Both the position numbers and the translations under genes were made by a program. The notes beneath the pieces were generated by a model, which was not told where the DNA came from, did no database searches, and worked only from the letters and a program-made list of their open reading frames with translations. A stretch of 64,000 nucleotides of DNA from the NCBI GenBank assembly GCA_943325205.2, contig CALPOM020000001.1:6010-70009 (forward strand), given 5' to 3'. This stretch comes from Thermoflexus hugenholtzii JAD2. GTDB lineage: Bacteria; Pseudomonadota; Gammaproteobacteria; Burkholderiales; Burkholderiaceae. Below are positions 1 to 8,786 of the stretch, piece after piece (the stretch's first letter is position 1; every line of letters starts with the position of its first letter).

Positions 1-483
1 AATCATTTCTCGCAAGTTGTCTATGACTGGCTTTAAATCAAAAGGTTGATCCTGTATGAGCGCTAGTAACAACCCTTTGGCATCTTCGATCGCTTGCTGC
101 GTTACCTGCACATGCGGTGATGCCACAATCAACTTATAAATTCCTCGATCATTTGTTTCCCGTGCCCGACCAAAACCTCCTTCAAAACCAGCTAAGCCCT
201 GTAACTCAAGTGTCAGATGTTCCATGATGTGAACTGGCCAAGTTCCCTCTTCCACTCGCTTCAAAAATCCACCACGCTCCTCATAACTGCAACGATGTTC
301 AATTAAAGAGGGCATCGCCTGCACGAGCCGACCATAAAAACCGGGAATCTTATCTGAAGGATAGTCTTCTAAATCACCAATATCTATCCAAGCCTCTACA
401 ACTTCGACCCAACACCACATGTTCGGCCCCCGAATATGCTTCATTTGAAGAATTTTGATGGTTTTATCTAAAAGTTGGGGCAT
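1..483 (-). CDS. cphA: Cyanophycin synthetase, N-terminal 161 aa (continues beyond window)
   Basis: Manual translation of minus strand, open to position 1: MPQLLDKTIKILQMKHIRGPNMW...DLEDYPSDKIPGFYGRL...SLIEHRCSYEERGGFLKRVEEGTWPVHIMEHLTLELQ, matching the CphA N-domain. Absent from ORF track because no stop lies in the window. Confidence 0.9.
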   Translation of the reverse strand, partial: MPQLLDKTIKILQMKHIRGPNMWCWVEVVEAWIDIGDLEDYPSDKIPGFYGRLVQAMPSLIEHRCSYEERGGFLKRVEEGTWPVHIMEHLTLELQGLAGFEGGFGRARETNDRGIYKLIVASPHVQVTQQAIEDAKGLLLALIQDQPFDLKPVIDNLREMI

Positions 484-709
484 TTTGTGACGATTTAGCG
501 CAGAAGGTGAAAAGTGAAATTGGCCAGGAATATAAAATCATAGTAATAATAACTACTTAACTCTTTTTAATTAAAAAAGTTGACAAATATATCAATCTGA
601 AAGGGTGTTAATTTACCCAAATCGACGGCCTTTTTAAAGCATCTGATATGAATTAGGAGAAGTTGGTGGGTCTGCACTATACTTTTTCGATGGAACTCTT
701 TCAAGCCAA

Positions 710-2986
710 ATGATCTCTACTATACAGCTCCCTCAACGCTGGCAATCAAATCCCGCAGTGCAAGCATTGTGTAAAAAGCATGAATCCACATTATCAACTT
801 GGGTTGAAATCGATTTAAACCAACAACTACACTTCGCAAAATCACTCCTCATCCTTTCTGAAAAGACCTCCCATGATTTTGCACGAATCGATCAAATTCA
901 TGAGTCTGGCCAACTAGAGGGTACTTGGCAGATCCCCCCTGAGGCTTATTTCCAACATTCTGATCATGCAGGTGTTGGTCACCTGACATTAATGAGCCCA
1001 CAAGGTCGTATGCAAGCTTGGCATCACACCCTTGCTCTAAACCCCTCAATTACCCAATTTAAGGAAAACTGTACAGTTCTGCTCTCTCAACTTGACTTGA
1101 ATAGTCGACTCGACTCAGGAAATATTGGGCCACATCTTACCTGCCAAATTTGTCAAAATCCTATTGCCCAAGACCAAGAAAAATGCCTGTATTGTGATCC
1201 CGAAACAGAAATTCCCCCATCGACCCTTACCCTCTTTAAGCTTTGGAGATTTGCTAAGCCTTATAAAAAGGAATTAATCCTCGGTTTTTTCCTAACCCTC
1301 CTCTCTACTGGCGCGACCTTAGTACCCCCTTATATCACCATGCCACTTATGGATGATGTACTCATTCCTTTTCAAAAAACCCAAGTCATGGACTTTGAAC
1401 TAGCAGGCATCTACCTTGCAGGTCTGCTCCTTGCAGCATGCTGTGCCTGGGGACTTGGCTGGTGGAAAACATACATCTTGGCACTTGTTAGTGAGCGTAT
1501 AGGCATGGAGCTTCGCACGAAAACATTCCAACACCTCTTACATCTATCTTTGGAGTATTTCGGGGCGAAAAGAACTGGTGACCTAATGACCCGAATAGGC
1601 AATGAAACAGACCGGATCTGTATCTTCTTGTCGTTACATCTATTGGATTTTTTTACTGATATGCTCATGCTCTTGATGACCGCAGTCATTCTCATCAGTA
1701 TTGATCCACTTCTAGCTGCCGTTACCCTCCTGCCTCTGCCATTCATCGCTTGGATGATTCATTTTGTCCGTGACAAACTACGCTATGGCTTTGAAAAAGT
1801 CGACCGTAACTGGTCTGAGGTCAATAATGTTCTATCCGATACAATCCCGGGAATTCGAGTAGTTAAAGCCTTTGCCCAAGAGGACCGTGAAAACAACCGC
1901 TTTATTCTAGCCAACCAACGTAATCTGGAAGTGAATGATCGTGTCAATCGAATTTGGTCCTCATTCGCCCCAACCGTCACTCTTCTCACAGAGGTTGGAC
2001 TTTTAGTCGTTTGGGCCTTTGGTATCTATCAAGTTGCGCATGACACAATTACCGTTGGTGTACTCACGGCTTTTTTAGCTTATATCAGTCGGTTTTATGG
2101 GCGAATGGACTCGATGAGTCGGATCGTCTCGCATACCCAAAAAGCGGCCGCGGGAGCTAAACGGATCTTCGATATATTAGATCATCAATCCAGTGTGCCA
2201 GATACTCCAACCCCAACTCCAATGACCCAACCCGTGCGCGGAAAAATTGAGCTGAATCAAGTTGGTTTTCGCTATGGCAACCGCGCTGTCACTAAAAATA
2301 TAACGCTCAGTATCGCGCCCGGCGAAATGATTGGCCTAGTTGGCCATAGTGGATCCGGGAAAAGTACCTTAGTGAACCTGATTTGCCGCTTCTACGATGT
2401 CAGCGATGGCTCAGTCAAAATCGATGGCGTAGATGTCAGATCGATTGCTATCTCCGAGCTTCGCCAACAATTTGGAATGGTCCTCCAAGAACCCTTTTTA
2501 TTTTTTGGTACGATTGCGGATAATATCGCCTATGGCAAACCGACTGCGACCAAGGAAGAAGTTATCCAAGCAGCAAAAGCCGCTAATGCCCACGAGTTTA
2601 TCCTTCGCCTCCCACTCGGCTATGACTCACTAGTGGGTGAGCGCGGGCAGTCGTTATCGGGTGGAGAAAGACAGCGTATCTCAATCGCTAGAGCGCTACT
2701 CATTGATCCTAAAATCTTAATCCTTGACGAAGCCACCTCCTCAGTCGATACAACTACCGAAAAAGAAATTCAAAAAGCCCTAGACAATTTAGTGCAAGGT
2801 AGAACAACCTTAGCAATTGCACATCGCTTGTCAACGCTGAGAAAAGCAGATCGACTCATCGTATTAGATAAAGGCGAAATCGTGGAAGTTGGCAATCATG
2901 ACGAATTAATGAGTGCGCAAGGAGCATACTATCAACTCTACCAAGCCCAAGCAAGGCATGCCGCAGAAATTGCCCAAGCGATTTAA
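710..2986 (+). CDS. ABC exporter (fused permease/ATPase) of the type found beside cphA, with N-terminal extension
   Basis: Multi-pass TMD, Walker A GHSGSGKS, signature LSGGERQR, Walker B ILILDE; ~170 aa extra N-terminus with CxxC-x10-CxxC; divergent from cphA. Confidence 0.85.
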   Translation: MISTIQLPQRWQSNPAVQALCKKHESTLSTWVEIDLNQQLHFAKSLLILSEKTSHDFARIDQIHESGQLEGTWQIPPEAYFQHSDHAGVGHLTLMSPQGRMQAWHHTLALNPSITQFKENCTVLLSQLDLNSRLDSGNIGPHLTCQICQNPIAQDQEKCLYCDPETEIPPSTLTLFKLWRFAKPYKKELILGFFLTLLSTGATLVPPYITMPLMDDVLIPFQKTQVMDFELAGIYLAGLLLAACCAWGLGWWKTYILALVSERIGMELRTKTFQHLLHLSLEYFGAKRTGDLMTRIGNETDRICIFLSLHLLDFFTDMLMLLMTAVILISIDPLLAAVTLLPLPFIAWMIHFVRDKLRYGFEKVDRNWSEVNNVLSDTIPGIRVVKAFAQEDRENNRFILANQRNLEVNDRVNRIWSSFAPTVTLLTEVGLLVVWAFGIYQVAHDTITVGVLTAFLAYISRFYGRMDSMSRIVSHTQKAAAGAKRIFDILDHQSSVPDTPTPTPMTQPVRGKIELNQVGFRYGNRAVTKNITLSIAPGEMIGLVGHSGSGKSTLVNLICRFYDVSDGSVKIDGVDVRSIAISELRQQFGMVLQEPFLFFGTIADNIAYGKPTATKEEVIQAAKAANAHEFILRLPLGYDSLVGERGQSLSGGERQRISIARALLIDPKILILDEATSSVDTTTEKEIQKALDNLVQGRTTLAIAHRLSTLRKADRLIVLDKGEIVEVGNHDELMSAQGAYYQLYQAQARHAAEIAQAI

Positions 2987-2995
2987 TGAGACCTC

Positions 2996-3463
2996 ATGAT
3001 GATCAATTTCAACCTCACAAAAGACCAATTTGGCGCAATTTGCTTAATCGATGCACAGGGTATTGTCCATCCAAATATCCGAATCATTCGGGCTTTTCCA
3101 ATCAGTAATCCATCGCATGGGTTTGCAATTGTCGATCAAAATGGCCATGAACTTGTCTGGTTAAACGATCTGAGTCAACTCCCAAATAACCTCAAAGATT
3201 TAATCCAAACAGAGTTATCTTTTTTTGAGTTCATCCCAGAAATTGAAAAAATAGTACATCTCAATACCTTTGCGCTACCGAGTATTTGGGACGTGCATAC
3301 CAATCGAGGTAAAACTCGCCTAAAACTTAAATCTGAACAAGATATTCGCCGGGTCAGTGAAGAAGATCTATTAATCACCGATGCCAATGGTATCCAATAT
3401 TTAATTCGAAATAAAAAAAATCTCGATAAGTTTAGTAAAAAAGTTTTAGACCGATTTATGTGA
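2996..3463 (+). CDS. DUF1854-family protein
   Basis: RAFPIS..P, ELVW, F.PEI..I, W.V.TNRG.T, LLITDANGIQY motifs typical of DUF1854; 9 bp after the ABC gene. Confidence 0.8.
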   Translation: MMINFNLTKDQFGAICLIDAQGIVHPNIRIIRAFPISNPSHGFAIVDQNGHELVWLNDLSQLPNNLKDLIQTELSFFEFIPEIEKIVHLNTFALPSIWDVHTNRGKTRLKLKSEQDIRRVSEEDLLITDANGIQYLIRNKKNLDKFSKKVLDRFM

Positions 3464-4237
3464 ACGCATAATTTGATTCATGAGTTCTGCCGCCGCTGCA
3501 AAGCCAAAACTAGCCGTTACAGTCACCGTCGAGCCATAACCCGCGCAGGATAATCCGCCCTGTGAGCGACTTATCCGAGATTCTCCAGAATAAACGACTC
3601 GCACCCGCATTCTCTTTTTAGGGTCAGATTCAAAGCCATATGATTTTCTTAAAATTCCACGAATTTTTGACAGAATAGGATCATGCGTAGTTTTTGATAA
3701 ATCATCGATACTAATTTGAGTGGGATCAAGCTTTCCACCTGCAGCGCCACTCATTACAAAGGCGCTATTTTGTCTGACGCACCAAACCGCCATCGCCACC
3801 TTACTCAATATGTCATCTGTCGCATCAAGGACCGCCATGCCAGGCAAAACATACTGCCCAACATTGTCAGGTTTGATAAAGTGGTCTAACTGATGAACCT
3901 TCAAATCAGGGTTTATAGCTAAAAGTCGATCTGCCATCGCTGCCACTTTCGATTTACCAAAATCACCCTCAATGGCATGCAGTTGACGATTGACGTTACT
4001 CATGGAAATATGGTCATAATCCATCAGGGTAATCTCACCAACTGCACTTCTAGCCAGTGCCTCGGCCGCCCAAGAGCCAACCCCGCCCAAACCAACCACC
4101 AAAACATGGGCCTTTTGTAATGCTGCAAAACCGTCTTCACCAAATAGTCGAGCTACTCCCCCCAAGCGACGTTGATTCGGGTCGACCCCGACCAAAGACA
4201 CTAATTGTTGCTCTGGAACACTTTTCGAATTATTCAT
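3446..4237 (-). CDS. tcdA: tRNA threonylcarbamoyladenosine dehydratase (ThiF/E1-like)
   Basis: GLGGVGSWAAEALARSAVG, D.DHISMSNVNRQLHA, VTVTASFG. Confidence 0.85.
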   Translation of the reverse strand: MNNSKSVPEQQLVSLVGVDPNQRRLGGVARLFGEDGFAALQKAHVLVVGLGGVGSWAAEALARSAVGEITLMDYDHISMSNVNRQLHAIEGDFGKSKVAAMADRLLAINPDLKVHQLDHFIKPDNVGQYVLPGMAVLDATDDILSKVAMAVWCVRQNSAFVMSGAAGGKLDPTQISIDDLSKTTHDPILSKIRGILRKSYGFESDPKKRMRVRVVYSGESRISRSQGGLSCAGYGSTVTVTASFGFAAAAELMNQIMRSHKSV

Positions 4238-4892
4238 GACTCGCTATACTCTATCAATGACTAATTTAGCTGATTTAAGAAAAACGTACTCACAAGGCAG
4301 CTTATCTGAAGAAGATATTGCCCAAAACCCTATACTGCAATTTCAAAGCTGGTTTGAGCAGGCCTCTACTGCAAAATGCCCTGAACCACATGCGATGACC
4401 TTAGCCACTATCTCATCAAATGGCCTACCTAGCGCTAGGATTGTACTTCTAAAAGGTATCACGGAAGACTCCTTTATCTTTTATACAAACTATACAAGCC
4501 AAAAAGGTCATGAGATTGCCAACAATCCAAATGTGGCACTTTTATTTTTCTGGCATGAACTTGAGCGGCAAGTTCGAATTGAGGGCGTGGCCTCCCAATT
4601 AGATACCTCCCGGAGTGATGCCTACTACCACTCTAGACCGATCGAATCCAGAATTGGCGCTTGGGCCTCACCACAAAGTCAAATTATTCCGAACCGTGAA
4701 TTTTTGGTTACTCAAGAAGATCAGTTCAAAGAACTTTATGGCAGCTCGCCGCCGCGACCACCCCACTGGGGAGGTTACGAAGTCAAAGCCAATAAAATAG
4801 AGTTTTGGCAAGGTCGGCCATCTCGCTTACATGACCGCATAGCCTTTTCTTTCCATGAGAATAGTTGGCACATGAGTCGTCTGGCCCCCTAG
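4236..4892 (+). CDS. pdxH: Pyridoxamine 5'-phosphate oxidase (true start possibly ATG 4257)
   Basis: LRKTY, PSARIVLLKG, FYTNYTSQKG, RQVRIEG, EFWQGRPSRLHDR. Confidence 0.95.
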   Translation: MTRYTLSMTNLADLRKTYSQGSLSEEDIAQNPILQFQSWFEQASTAKCPEPHAMTLATISSNGLPSARIVLLKGITEDSFIFYTNYTSQKGHEIANNPNVALLFFWHELERQVRIEGVASQLDTSRSDAYYHSRPIESRIGAWASPQSQIIPNREFLVTQEDQFKELYGSSPPRPPHWGGYEVKANKIEFWQGRPSRLHDRIAFSFHENSWHMSRLAP

Positions 4893-4929
4893 GAAAATCC
4901 TGCAATCAACTTCTGAGCACAAGGTTGGC

Positions 4930-5493
4930 TTATTTATTTTTTTGGAGTTGAGCAAAGGTTTTTCTAAATTTTTCTACCTTCGGAGCTACTACCCCAATGC
5001 AATAACCTTGGTGCGGGTGGGTTGCAAAATAATTCTGATGATAATCCTCCGCCGCATAAAAAATGGGAGCCATCTTTATTTCTGTCACAATGGGTTCTCG
5101 ATATACGCCCTGAAGAGCTAGTTCTTGAACAATCTGTGACGACTCCTTCATTTGATCATCATCCTCGCAATAAATGACCGAACGATACTGTGATCCAATA
5201 TCATGCCCCTGCTGATTTAAAGTGGTTGGATCATGAATCACAAAAAATACCTCTAAGATTTGTCGAAAAGAAATCTCCTCAGGATTAAAATGGAGTTGTA
5301 CCACTTCGGCATGCCCAGTGATGCCACGACAAACACTTTCATAATCAGGATTTAAAACATGGCCGCCAGCGTATCCACAAACTACTCGATGAATGCCTAC
5401 CAATTCTTGATAAACAGCGTCTAAACACCAAAAACAACCGCCACCAAGTGTGGCTAACTGTTTAGATCCCAACATATTATTCGATTGACTCAT
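4930..5493 (-). CDS. msrA: Peptide methionine-(S)-sulfoxide reductase
   Basis: GGGCFWC active site, GHAEVV, GSQYRS, AEDYHQNY. Confidence 0.95.
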   Translation of the reverse strand: MSQSNNMLGSKQLATLGGGCFWCLDAVYQELVGIHRVVCGYAGGHVLNPDYESVCRGITGHAEVVQLHFNPEEISFRQILEVFFVIHDPTTLNQQGHDIGSQYRSVIYCEDDDQMKESSQIVQELALQGVYREPIVTEIKMAPIFYAAEDYHQNYFATHPHQGYCIGVVAPKVEKFRKTFAQLQKNK

Positions 5494-5512
5494 TGAATTT
5501 ACCTAGTAATTT

Positions 5513-6919
5513 ATGAACACATTATTTTTTGACTTTGAACAATTAAAGCAAGCCTACTGGAACGAACCACGACCATCTTTGGCAGCCAGAAAAGATCGTA
5601 TTTTACGTTTAGTTACTATGCTAAATGAAAATGAAGAAAATATCTGCAAAGTAATTCAAGCTGACTTTGGTTTTCGTAACATCATTGAAACACAATTAGC
5701 TGAATTGACTACGATTAGGCAAGCCGCAAGTCTGGCTGTAAAAAATTTAGAAATGTGGACTAAACCAGTCCACATTAAAACACCGATACACCTTTGGCCT
5801 AGTAAGAGTGAGTTATTACCCGAACCAAAAGGAATTGTGGGGATTATGAGCCCTTGGAACTATCCTCTCAGTCTTGCACTCAGCCCAGCGATTGCCGCTA
5901 TTGCTGCTGGAAATCAAGTCTGGCTTAAGCCGTCTGAACGCTCCCCAAGAACTTCAGGCTATCTTGCCAAACTCATTGCACAGTATTTCAACCCCATCGA
6001 AATATCCATTATTACTGGTAATCAGCAAGTAGCTCAAGCCTTTGCAGATCTGCCTTTTGATCATTTATTTTTTACCGGTAGTACCCGTGTTGGTCAATTA
6101 GTTGCGCAGGCTGCGGCGGCTAATTTAACCCCAGTAACCCTAGAATTAGGTGGCAAGTCCCCAGTCATCATCGACCAAAGTGCCGCTCTTGATGATGCAG
6201 CTCGTCGAATTATTTATGGAAAATTTTTCAATGCTGGACAAACGTGTATTGCACCAGACTATCTATTAGTTCCAAGAAACCAAGAAAAGCCTCTTATCGA
6301 AGCGCTAAAGAAGTCTTTACAAATCATGTATCCTTCTGGCAGTGGACTTACCCACCCGATCGACGCCCTGCAACTAAAACGTTGGCAAAACCTATTAACT
6401 GATGCATCTCAAAGTGGTGGACAAGTGGTCCCTTTATATGACACCACCCCGATTGATTACCCCTTTATGCCGAGTTTAGTGTTAAACCCCTCTAGCAAAG
6501 CACTTGTAACAACCCAAGAAATTTTTGGCCCGATTTTGCCAATCATCTGCTATGACTCTATGTCCGAAGCGATTGACTGGATTAATCATTTACCAACCCC
6601 ACTGGCACTGTACTGGTTTGGAAATAACGCTAAACTGCGCGCTGAAGTTCTCGAAAAAACGCAATCCGGTGGTGTCACTTGTAACGACACCTTGTTACAT
6701 TACAGTAATCCGAACCTCCCCTTCGGGGGATTGGGGGCAAGTGGCATGGGCTCGAATCATGGCAAACATGGTTTTGATACCTTTAGCCACTTAAAGCCAG
6801 TTCTCAGCATGCGTGGTTTTTTGGGTATTCGGGCTTTAGGGGGGACTCGATTAGCGCATCCGCCCTATGGTAAAAGGATTCAAAGCCTCATGAAGATCCT
6901 CAAAACTTCAAAAATTTAA
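5513..6919 (+). CDS. Aldehyde dehydrogenase, coniferyl-aldehyde/ALDH3-like
   Basis: SPWNYP, KPSE, FTGS, LELGGKSP, NAGQTCIAPDY, QEIFGP, PFGGLGASGMG. Confidence 0.85.
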   Translation: MNTLFFDFEQLKQAYWNEPRPSLAARKDRILRLVTMLNENEENICKVIQADFGFRNIIETQLAELTTIRQAASLAVKNLEMWTKPVHIKTPIHLWPSKSELLPEPKGIVGIMSPWNYPLSLALSPAIAAIAAGNQVWLKPSERSPRTSGYLAKLIAQYFNPIEISIITGNQQVAQAFADLPFDHLFFTGSTRVGQLVAQAAAANLTPVTLELGGKSPVIIDQSAALDDAARRIIYGKFFNAGQTCIAPDYLLVPRNQEKPLIEALKKSLQIMYPSGSGLTHPIDALQLKRWQNLLTDASQSGGQVVPLYDTTPIDYPFMPSLVLNPSSKALVTTQEIFGPILPIICYDSMSEAIDWINHLPTPLALYWFGNNAKLRAEVLEKTQSGGVTCNDTLLHYSNPNLPFGGLGASGMGSNHGKHGFDTFSHLKPVLSMRGFLGIRALGGTRLAHPPYGKRIQSLMKILKTSKI

Positions 6920-6938
6920 CATATTTCAAATATTTATC

Positions 6939-6966
6939 AAAATATTAGGGACAACCCTAATATTTT
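6939..6966. promoter_or_regulatory. Perfect 12-bp inverted repeat (operator or weak terminator)
   Basis: AAAATATTAGGG-acaa-CCCTAATATTTT, 19 nt after the ALDH stop. Confidence 0.45.
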
Positions 6967-7078
6967 CGTGCATAATCAACTTTGTTGTATTTTTCATCGT
7001 CCCCAGCACCCTGACGCAAATTAATTCTTTTAGGTGTAAACCTTTAGATTTGTCTGTAAGTCTTCAAGACGTAGCCGT

Positions 7079-7232
7079 AACAAGAGTCATATCTTGTTCG
7101 CCTAAAACAACCTTGTATTTGTTTTAGAGCCTACTCCAAATGTTGATGGTCGATGCCTTTTGACCACGTGCATCATGCCTCAACTATGCTGATGCCAACT
7201 TTGGAGACACCCTAAACGGGGTGTGAATAGAT
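7079..7232 (+). promoter_or_regulatory. Structured 5' leader of DEAD-box helicase (candidate cis-regulatory RNA)
   Basis: Consecutive stems AACAAGA/TCTTGTT, CTAAAACAA/TTGTTTTAG, a multibranch closed by CTCCAAA-t-GTTG/CAAC-TTTGGAG, and ACACCC/GGGGTGT before the ATG. Confidence 0.5.
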
Positions 7233-8777
7233 ATGTCCGTTACATTTAAAGAACTTCTTTTAGCTGAACCCCTTTTACAAGCAGTTGAAGCCTTAGGCTT
7301 TACCTTTGCTACCCCCGTCCAAGAGCAAGTTATTCCAACTGCGATTTCTGGCGGCGATCTGATGGTTAGTAGTCAAACCGGTAGCGGAAAAACTGCCGCA
7401 TTCTTATTGCCTCTACTCAATCAAATCATCGCAAGTAATCCAACTGGTAAGCCTATCCCAGGACGTGCTGAACCAGTAGTCTTAATTCTTTGTCCAACGC
7501 GCGAGTTGGCTCAGCAAGTGGCCGCGGATGCAATCGATTTAGTGAAATTTTGTCGAGGTATCCGAGTAGCTACCATCATGGGTGGTATGCCTTATGGTAA
7601 ACAAATCGCTCAAATAAAAGGCGCGCAACTCGTTGTAGCAACTCCTGGGCGACTTCTTGACCTCAATGACAGTCGAGCAATTCGACTGGATAAGGTGCAA
7701 CATTTAGTCGTCGATGAGGCGGATCGTATGCTCGACCTCGGCTTTGCTGATGATTTAGAGGCAATCCATCGGCGTTGCGAAACCTTGCAACAAACCCTCA
7801 TGTTTTCAGCAACCTTCGCTCCACGAATTATGGAGTTAGCGCATGAACTGGTCAACAATCCTACGCGGATTGAATTAGCGCACGCCGGTGATGTCCACGC
7901 GAGTATTACCCAAACGATGCACTGGGCAGATAGCGTGGCGCATAAACATAAAATCCTACGCCACTGGTTGGCCGATCCAACACTAGATCAAGCTGTTATT
8001 TTTGCAAGTACGCAAGTGGAAAGCGAAGATATTGCTGAAAACCTGCGAGCTGACGGTTATGCTGCCAGCGCGCTCCACGGCGCAATGCCCCAGGCAGTTC
8101 GTAATCGTCGACTGGATTCTTTACGCAAAGGTGTGACTAAAATCTTGGTGGCAACCGATGTTGCTGCTCGTGGAATCGATGTTCCAACCATTAGCCATGT
8201 CATTAATTTTGGCCTCCCAATGAAGCCAGAAGACTATACCCACCGCATCGGACGTACCGGTCGCGCAGGTAGAAGCGGCACAGCAATCACGATTGCCCAG
8301 CATAGTGAACGTATCAAAATTCGAGCAATCGAGCGCTTCATTCAGCAAACTCTAGCAGCATCTGTGATTCCAGGTTTAGAGCCACAAAAAAAACCCGAGA
8401 CCTCAAGCCACTCTCGTTCAGGACCGCGCTCAGCGAACCGCAGTGGTGGCGGTGGCGGCGGTGGTGGTCGTGGCCGAACGCCAAACCGCTCAGCATTTGC
8501 TGGTAGTGGTTTTGGTGGTGGTGAAAAAAGGGCGCCAAGCGACGAATCGAAAGGTAGTAAATATGGCAAAGGTCAGCGTAGCGAAGATCGTAAGACCGAA
8601 CCCAAGACCTATGTTCCTACTAAAACTCCAGCAAAACCATTTGGCGACTTTGTTGCTAAACCTGGCAATGCCGGTGCCAAGCCAGAAGAGCGTTTTGCAG
8701 GTTCGCGAAGTAATCATGCCCCCGGTCGGGAAAGAAGCGGTAAATCATTTGGAAAACCAGCGTTTAAAGGCCGTTAA
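7233..8777 (+). CDS. DEAD-box RNA helicase (RhlE-like) with Gly/Arg/Lys-rich tail
   Basis: SQTGSGKT, PTRELA, TPGRL, DEAD, SAT, ARGID, HRIGRTGRAG. Confidence 0.93.
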   Translation: MSVTFKELLLAEPLLQAVEALGFTFATPVQEQVIPTAISGGDLMVSSQTGSGKTAAFLLPLLNQIIASNPTGKPIPGRAEPVVLILCPTRELAQQVAADAIDLVKFCRGIRVATIMGGMPYGKQIAQIKGAQLVVATPGRLLDLNDSRAIRLDKVQHLVVDEADRMLDLGFADDLEAIHRRCETLQQTLMFSATFAPRIMELAHELVNNPTRIELAHAGDVHASITQTMHWADSVAHKHKILRHWLADPTLDQAVIFASTQVESEDIAENLRADGYAASALHGAMPQAVRNRRLDSLRKGVTKILVATDVAARGIDVPTISHVINFGLPMKPEDYTHRIGRTGRAGRSGTAITIAQHSERIKIRAIERFIQQTLAASVIPGLEPQKKPETSSHSRSGPRSANRSGGGGGGGGRGRTPNRSAFAGSGFGGGEKRAPSDESKGSKYGKGQRSEDRKTEPKTYVPTKTPAKPFGDFVAKPGNAGAKPEERFAGSRSNHAPGRERSGKSFGKPAFKGR

Positions 8778-8786
8778 TTAAACAAC

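Noticed and set aside
590-605. TTGAC-AAATAT-ATCAA as FNR box in the cphA/ABC promoter
   Set aside because: Spacer is 6 nt, not 4; more simply a TTGACA -35 element.
671-681. 11-mer GGTCTGCACTA shared with ~35855
   Set aside because: A single short match is within chance expectation for 64 kb.
8445-8475. GGT/GGC repeat
   Set aside because: Encodes the poly-Gly part of the helicase tail; ordinary low-complexity coding sequence.
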